From contig OZ024745.1 of the NCBI GenBank assembly GCA_964016885.1, positions 125,860,001 to 125,924,000 of the forward strand: DNA of 64,000 nucleotides. The letters run 5' to 3'. Shown here in pieces: positions 56,883 to 64,000 of the stretch; positions within the stretch are counted from its first letter, which is position 1, and every line of letters begins with the position of its first letter. A model generated the notes under the pieces. The model was not told where the DNA came from. It saw only the letters and a list, made by a program, of their open reading frames with translations, and ran no database searches. Origin of the DNA: Eledone cirrhosa (taxonomy: Eukaryota). The translations under genes and the position numbers were made by a program.

Positions 56883-59704
56883 GGATAGATGGATAGATGA
56901 ATCAACCCAAATAGAAAGACAGATTGGGGATAAGAGAGAAAGAATACGGAAAAGAAAGGGAGAGGGAGAGAAAGAAATATAAAAATAAAATAAAAAGAGG
57001 ACGCGCGTGCGTATGTCTGTCTGTGTGTGTGCGCGCGAGTATGTGTGTATATGTGTTTGTGTGTGTATGTGTGTGTTCGTGTCATCTGTTTTCGAAAGAG
57101 CGACACATTGTTTTCGATGTTGTTGAAAGAAAGAAACATTCACACTAGCTTGCAGATTTTATGAATGCATATTTACATGTTCACAGGAAAATAAACAGAC
57201 GCTGGGTTGACGGAAGAAACAAAATATAAGAATGAAAATTCTCGTCTGAAAACTTAGTTACATTTGTTTTCTTACTATTACAAGATGGTGGGTGAGACGG
57301 GTGTTTATGCTAAGCTATTTTTGTTTTTTGTTTGTTTTTTATGATAATTATCTCGTAAAGTCAAAGATAGTCACAGTAAACGAGTTGAGGCGCGAGTGTA
57401 TTAGAATTTATAGAATGAGAAAAACTTAACGCAAGGATAGCTGCAAAAACAACAAAATGATGTCAATCAACGGATTCGGGTAAAATCTTACCTCAAAGGA
57501 CAGGAATAAACAACTAGAAGGGCCCGTAGAAATGATAGAGAGAGAGGAGCAAAGGAAAGAAATGAACGAAACAATATCACACAAACATCATATTGCTTCA
57601 TCAGCCCTCATACCAGTAATTTACAGGTTTCGAGGGTCGGAAAGTGATTTCTTATATGCACGAAAGAAAGATTCATTATAGTAATGATTGTGATCATTAT
57701 TGTGCTTTAGTTGCTTTTGTATAGAAAACACATCTGAAAGCTTGTCAACGAAATCTACTCTGTAAAGATGATTTCCTTCCTCTCACCAATGTCGGCATCT
57801 AGTAAAATAGTCATGATTGCTCCCCTCCTTTGTCAGGCTATGTCCATCAGTCTCTGAAACATATTTAGATCAATTTATTAACATATTTGGTTATTCCAGC
57901 CTATATATCATTTTATCTACCTTAATATGTACATTTTCAGCAGTTCTTTCTCTAACGCATATATCCTCAATATATTACAACATTATCCCCTGTTCTATAC
58001 CACATTTCTCTCTGATGATATGCCTCCTTCAAATTCAATTTGCAAAGATAATTCAGCAAGACATCCGAAAAAGAAAATTAAATATCGAATCAACAAATCC
58101 TTTTATATACATATAATTTATAGGCTTCACCTATTCCGAGATTTCCATATCATTCTCTCACAGAGCCACTAAAGAATTCCGTATACTTTCTTATGAGTAA
58201 CATTTTCTAAAAGACTTTCGTTAATTAGTTTTCTCGGCTTCATTGTAAATAATCGATTAATGTGTATTCGTAATGATAGTCTCGAACATTTGTAATATAA
58301 CCATATGTTTTATTAAGCTGGTGTCTGAAATATAACTAAAGATTCTTGTATAAAATTATGATGGAATGATTTTGGATAGACATAAACAAATAAAAGTTAA
58401 CAGATTTGTATCGCAGAACTAGACGCGATTTTAGATGGTTTCTTAACGAAGGTTTAAATTATCTTTCATCGCATCCATACCAAGCAAACCATGATATATT
58501 TAAATTTATTCTTATACTAATTTCCATTGATATATCAAACATTCCGAAATGTTTAACGAATAATACATCAAATTGCATTAGCTTTTGATCACACTTTCTT
58601 AATTTTAGTTCATTCAAATCCATTAGTTTACATACTGCCCAAAAGAGATTCTCTTTCCGCACATTTAAAACAAATTTAACTGTTAAATATATTGACGATG
58701 TATGTTCATATTAATAAAGGTACATTCAAAATCATATTTATGTTAGTTTCTATTAATATATAGCACAAAACATTTGCACCATCGTGCATTCATTTTCTCT
58801 ATACATATATGCGCTTTCGGTTTCAAATGAGAGACAAAGTACTCAATACATATAGAACAGGTTATCTTTTTAACAAGATTGTAACTTAATACTACAAGGC
58901 ATTTAATATATCGCTCTACCGATTCTGCCATTCATATCACCGCCAATCTATTGTGTAAATAAACGGATAAACTATCTAAGCTGGCGTAAAAGTAAAGTAA
59001 AAAGGGGAACTGAAGTGATTTCATGTAGAAATATACGCCTCGGTTAAGTAAACACAATCTTCAAGTAGATTCTTTTATTTCAGCAAGAAAGGCAGGAAGA
59101 AGGGGAAAGAGAGAGGCGGTGGCAGAAAACATATTTGTTTTCGAACAAATAAGACCAGCCCCAGACTAAGCGAAGAGCAAACAAAAGTATCTCTGAATTA
59201 TAACAGCGTACATAAAGACATGATATATAGGTATCGCGAATAAACAACTAGAATAAAATAGATGTCTGTTAAGAAAATATCTCACCCAACACCACTAAGC
59301 CCCACCATACACTATGCCTTTCCTATCAGTAATTACAATAAAGCATTTTATTGTTTCCTAGGTGCAATTTTGTTTCTCCTTTTATCTTCACTATGACAGT
59401 GGTTCTTTTTTTAACAAATCCCCTTCATGTTCATAATCACTATAAAATATGAGATTATTTCACCTAATTGTTGAACATAAATATTCAAAAGTAAGTCTCT
59501 TTGTTATGAATCATAAATGATCTTTTCTTCTTCTTCTTCTTCTTCTTCTTCTTCTTCTTCTTCTTCTTCTTCTTCCATCTTCATTATTATCATCATCATC
59601 ATCATCATCATCATCACCATAATTTGTCGTATTATATTCCTTTTCCTTTTGTATTGTATTCATTTAAAACCCATTAATATTCTTGTTTTTTAATCGTTGT
59701 ATAA

Positions 59705-59840
59705 AACGTAGGCAACAAAAGTAAATTGCCCATAGCAACCCATTGGTTCTTAGAATTGTTACTGATCATTGGAGATTGTGAGGTGTAATGGACCTTGTTA
59801 TTACACTGAATGATTGGAGTGAGCGAGTGAACCGGAAGTT
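59705..59840. promoter_or_regulatory. Candidate Pol II promoter motif cluster
   Basis: RFX X-box-like ttgcccatagcaac (59726-59739), three ATTGG (reverse CCAAT) boxes at 59742, 59768 and 59813, and ETS CCGGAAGT at 59832-59839, in non-repetitive sequence. Confidence 0.45.
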
Positions 59841-60032
59841 TAAACGCTGTTCTGGTAGAAGAGAACTAAGAGGAGAGGAGAGGAGAATATATTCTAGGGC
59901 CGTGAAATCAACGTGAACATGTCTTTCGCAATATTCAGCCCTTATTCCAGAAGCTTATGCGTGATGTACCACCCATACTTTCTCTACACCACTCTCCAAC
60001 TCCGTCTGTCATTATTTATATATATATATAAG

Positions 60033-60212
60033 GGCGGTGGATTGGCAGTATCGGTAGAGGGTCGGACGCCATGCTTTCCAGCATAGTTACGTCCCTTTAC
60101 GATCTGAGTTCAAATCCCGCCGAGGTTGACTTTGCCTTTCATCCTTACGGATAAAATAAAGTTCCAGTAATAAACTGGGTAATTGCTGGCCTTGTGTCTA
60201 AAGTAGAAACAA

Positions 60213-60216
<4 letters not shown>
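60033..60216 (+). mobile_element. OK-like SINE, full length
   Basis: Consensus match from ggcggtggattggc to gaaacaattatt. Confidence 0.92.
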
Positions 60217-60276
<60 letters not shown>

Positions 60277-60339
60277 ACTATGTACCCTAAATGTTCTAAA
60301 TGACTAGGATTCTAGTTACACGTTTTCGACATTCCTTAT

Positions 60340-60384
60340 GCTCCGATGATTCTAGACTTCCCTCTGGAAGAAACAATTGTCAGC
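60340..60384 (+). ncRNA. Hammerhead motif with CCGAUGA core
   Basis: gct-CCGATGA-ttctaga cttccc tctggaa-GAAA-CAATTG-TC-agc then AATAAA, in a ~160 bp island between (TA)n tracts. Confidence 0.7.
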
Positions 60385-60425
60385 TAATAAATGTTCTAAA
60401 CTAAAATTTGATCGTTTTAACACTT

Positions 60426-60482
<57 letters not shown>

Positions 60483-60489
60483 GTGTTGA

Positions 60490-60567
60490 GCTCTGGTGAT
60501 GATCGTATTCCAATCGTATTCCACTGAAAGTTTTCGTGAAATAGTCTTTTTCAAGACTATACAGAGC
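60490..60567 (+). ncRNA. Hammerhead motif (C3G change, degenerate stem II)
   Basis: gctctg-GTGATGA-tcg...cgt-GAAA-tagtctt tttc aagacta-TA-cagagc. Confidence 0.65.
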
Positions 60568-60819
60568 ATTTGTAGTTGTCCCAAATTGAAGGATGAGTAT
60601 TTTAAACTTTATTTTATCATGAGTTAAGGCTCTATTGATTTTTCCCTGGTTTTCACTAAATTCTGTTGGATAAATCTATATCCTGTTTGTTTTTCAATTG
60701 AGTTTGAATTATTTTTCCCACATCTTACGTTAACTATTTTCCCATTTTGACGCTTTAGTCACTTATATATTATGGAATACTGTTGGCTTCTTGCTACAAT
60801 ACTTTCTATACCTTTCATT

Positions 60820-60921
<102 letters not shown>

Positions 60922-60978
60922 AAGATATCTATACACATTCCTACGGAAAAAAGATGCATTAAAATAAATCCTGTTTTA

Positions 60979-61160
60979 TTGCAGTATCGGTAGAGGGTCG
61001 GACGCCATGCTTTGACGCATAGAGTTACGGCCCTTTCCATTCTGAGTTCAAATCACACCTAGGTTAATTTTGCCTTTCACCTTTATGGGGCCGATAAAAT
61101 AAAGTACCAGTGATGCACTGGGCAATTGCTGGCCTTGTGCCAAAAGTAGAAACAATTATT
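60979..61160 (+). mobile_element. OK-like SINE
   Basis: Consensus match. Confidence 0.9.
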
Positions 61161-61304
61161 TAAATCATGTAAACATTTTTGGGTGTTTACATAGAATTGA
61201 ATTATGTCTGTAGATCATTTTATTTTAAGGAAAGGCTGTGCATTCTAATACAAACTGCCTGTACAGGTAATCAGAGCGTGTATACATTTTGGGGGGACAC
61301 CCAG

Positions 61305-61374
<70 letters not shown>

Positions 61375-61378
<4 letters not shown>

Positions 61379-61801
61379 GGAGGTGAGTTTTATTGTAGTA
61401 CAATAAAGCAATGCAGATATCGGATAAGAAGCACTCTACAGTTTGTGGGACTGGAGTATGCATAATATAAGATCAAAAGATGGTTAAAGGAGTTCAATAT
61501 ATTTTATTATGCGCATTTCAAAAACAAACATCATCAAACAATAATATTTGTGTTTTCATCAGATAAAACAGGAGAACATGATATGAAGGCTAAAAAAAAC
61601 ACTTGTTGATAGTGCAGTTTTAAATCAACATATCAAGATATGTTGATTTAAAACTGCACTATCAACAAGTGTTTTTTTTAGCCTTCATATCATGTTCTCC
61701 TGTTTTATCTGATGAAAACACAAATATTATTGTTTGATGATGTTTGTTTTTGAAATGCGCATAATAAAATATATTGAACTCCTTTAACCATCTTTTGATC
61801 T

Positions 61802-61808
<7 letters not shown>
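61375..61808 (-). mobile_element. PLE family A fold-back element with two HHRs (61502-61568 minus; 61703-61769 plus)
   Basis: Near-perfect palindrome of about 345 bp plus the same ~88 bp tail as 9481-9568; (TA)n flanks. Confidence 0.9.
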
Positions 61809-61857
<49 letters not shown>

Positions 61858-62652
61858 CCCGGTATCTGAGTGATGCGTGTCTCGTTTGTCCACGTTTTTT
61901 TTCTTCTATAGGAATACTTTACCCAATTTTCTGAACTATTAATAGTGATTGTATTTTTAGTCATTTACGTTGGTACGACTGCAGATAATTCACCGTAGAT
62001 GTAGTATAAAATGATTGGTGCAGGAACGGAGTGAAACATCCATTTTAATTCCGTTAAAACACTATACACATTTCAATGGTCCAGCTTCATCATCCAAATA
62101 TGATGAAAGGCACACACGATTGCTTCAGGTGTTTATTGCAGAATTAATTATATAAGAGAACAGGATTTTGACGAATATAAACAGAGAATACTAAATAGAA
62201 AATAAGATCGGTTTTGATTCAGGCCTCCCGACTCCGCTTACTACCACTTCTGCAAACAAAGTCTTTGATATTGCCTTTTCTAAAAGGCATTTTGTTTTCT
62301 CTTTCACTGACCTATCTGTCTGTCTATTTAATCTGTTCATTCCTCACACAAACATCATGCCAACAGTGATATTTATTTCTCCGAGTTGCAGAAGTCATCT
62401 ATTTTAAGTGGTACATATTTTGTTAAATCGTCGAAACCACAGGCGGTCTAAAAGATGATTAGTCTATTTAAATGTTTGTGTGATCTCTCGTCCATTTCTT
62501 CCTTTTCGCCTTTCCTCCTATTACTTCTGCAGGCCAACACATTTCCAGCCGCTAATTTCTGTCCTTTCAGGTAAATTTTACCTGTCGCTGTCATTGACGG
62601 CATTTTGCTCTTTTAACAGCTTCCTTACGTTGAGTTCTTCTCATTATTTTAC

Positions 62653-63802
<1,150 letters not shown>

Positions 63803-63910
63803 TAAACGGAAAAGAAAATGCTGTCAAATTGTTCCCAGTGGAAAATAGTTTAATTAGGAATAAGTAAAAATTAGTAAAAGTATTGGTTAGTATTCAGTTT
63901 TGGTTTTAAG

Positions 63911-63946
63911 TTTTACCGGTTGCGCATATCTAATGCTTTTCAAAAA
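63911..63946 (-). ncRNA. Degenerate U3:A8 hammerhead motif
   Basis: ttt-TTGAAAA-gcat tagat atgc-GCAA-CCGG-TA-aaa; GAAA mutated to GCAA. Confidence 0.55.
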
Positions 63947-64000
63947 TAATTTTGAGATAGAGCGCCCGTGATGTTTGCTCTAATCTGATTTGAGCAAACA

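Noticed and set aside
60033-60125. tRNA-like A and B boxes
   Set aside because: These are SINE heads with no cloverleaf; they are not tRNA genes.

Overview
AT-rich, repeat-dominated, essentially non-coding animal DNA, most likely from an octopod cephalopod: the dominant tRNA-derived SINE resembles the octopus OK-type SINE as I recall it. Nearly all ORFs in the track are microsatellite artefacts. No intact host gene is evident; there is one weak candidate exon (54103-54280, minus) and one promoter-like motif cluster (59705-59840). The main hidden structure is a dense set of Penelope-like retroelement (PLE) ends inserted into (TA)n microsatellites. Two carry GIY-YIG endonuclease remnants, many form asymmetric fold-back palindromes with a 60-90 bp unpaired tail, and together they hold about 20 minimal type I hammerhead ribozyme (HHR) motifs from more than 10 sequence families. 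These include recurrent non-canonical cores (U3:A8 UUGAAAA, a U.U closing pair on stem II, CCGANGA). Also present are RTE, CR1 and Tx1/L1-like LINE remnants, two non-autonomous Helitrons, MITE and piggyBac remnants, and many SINEs. All coordinates and folds were read by eye; no database search or folding program was run.
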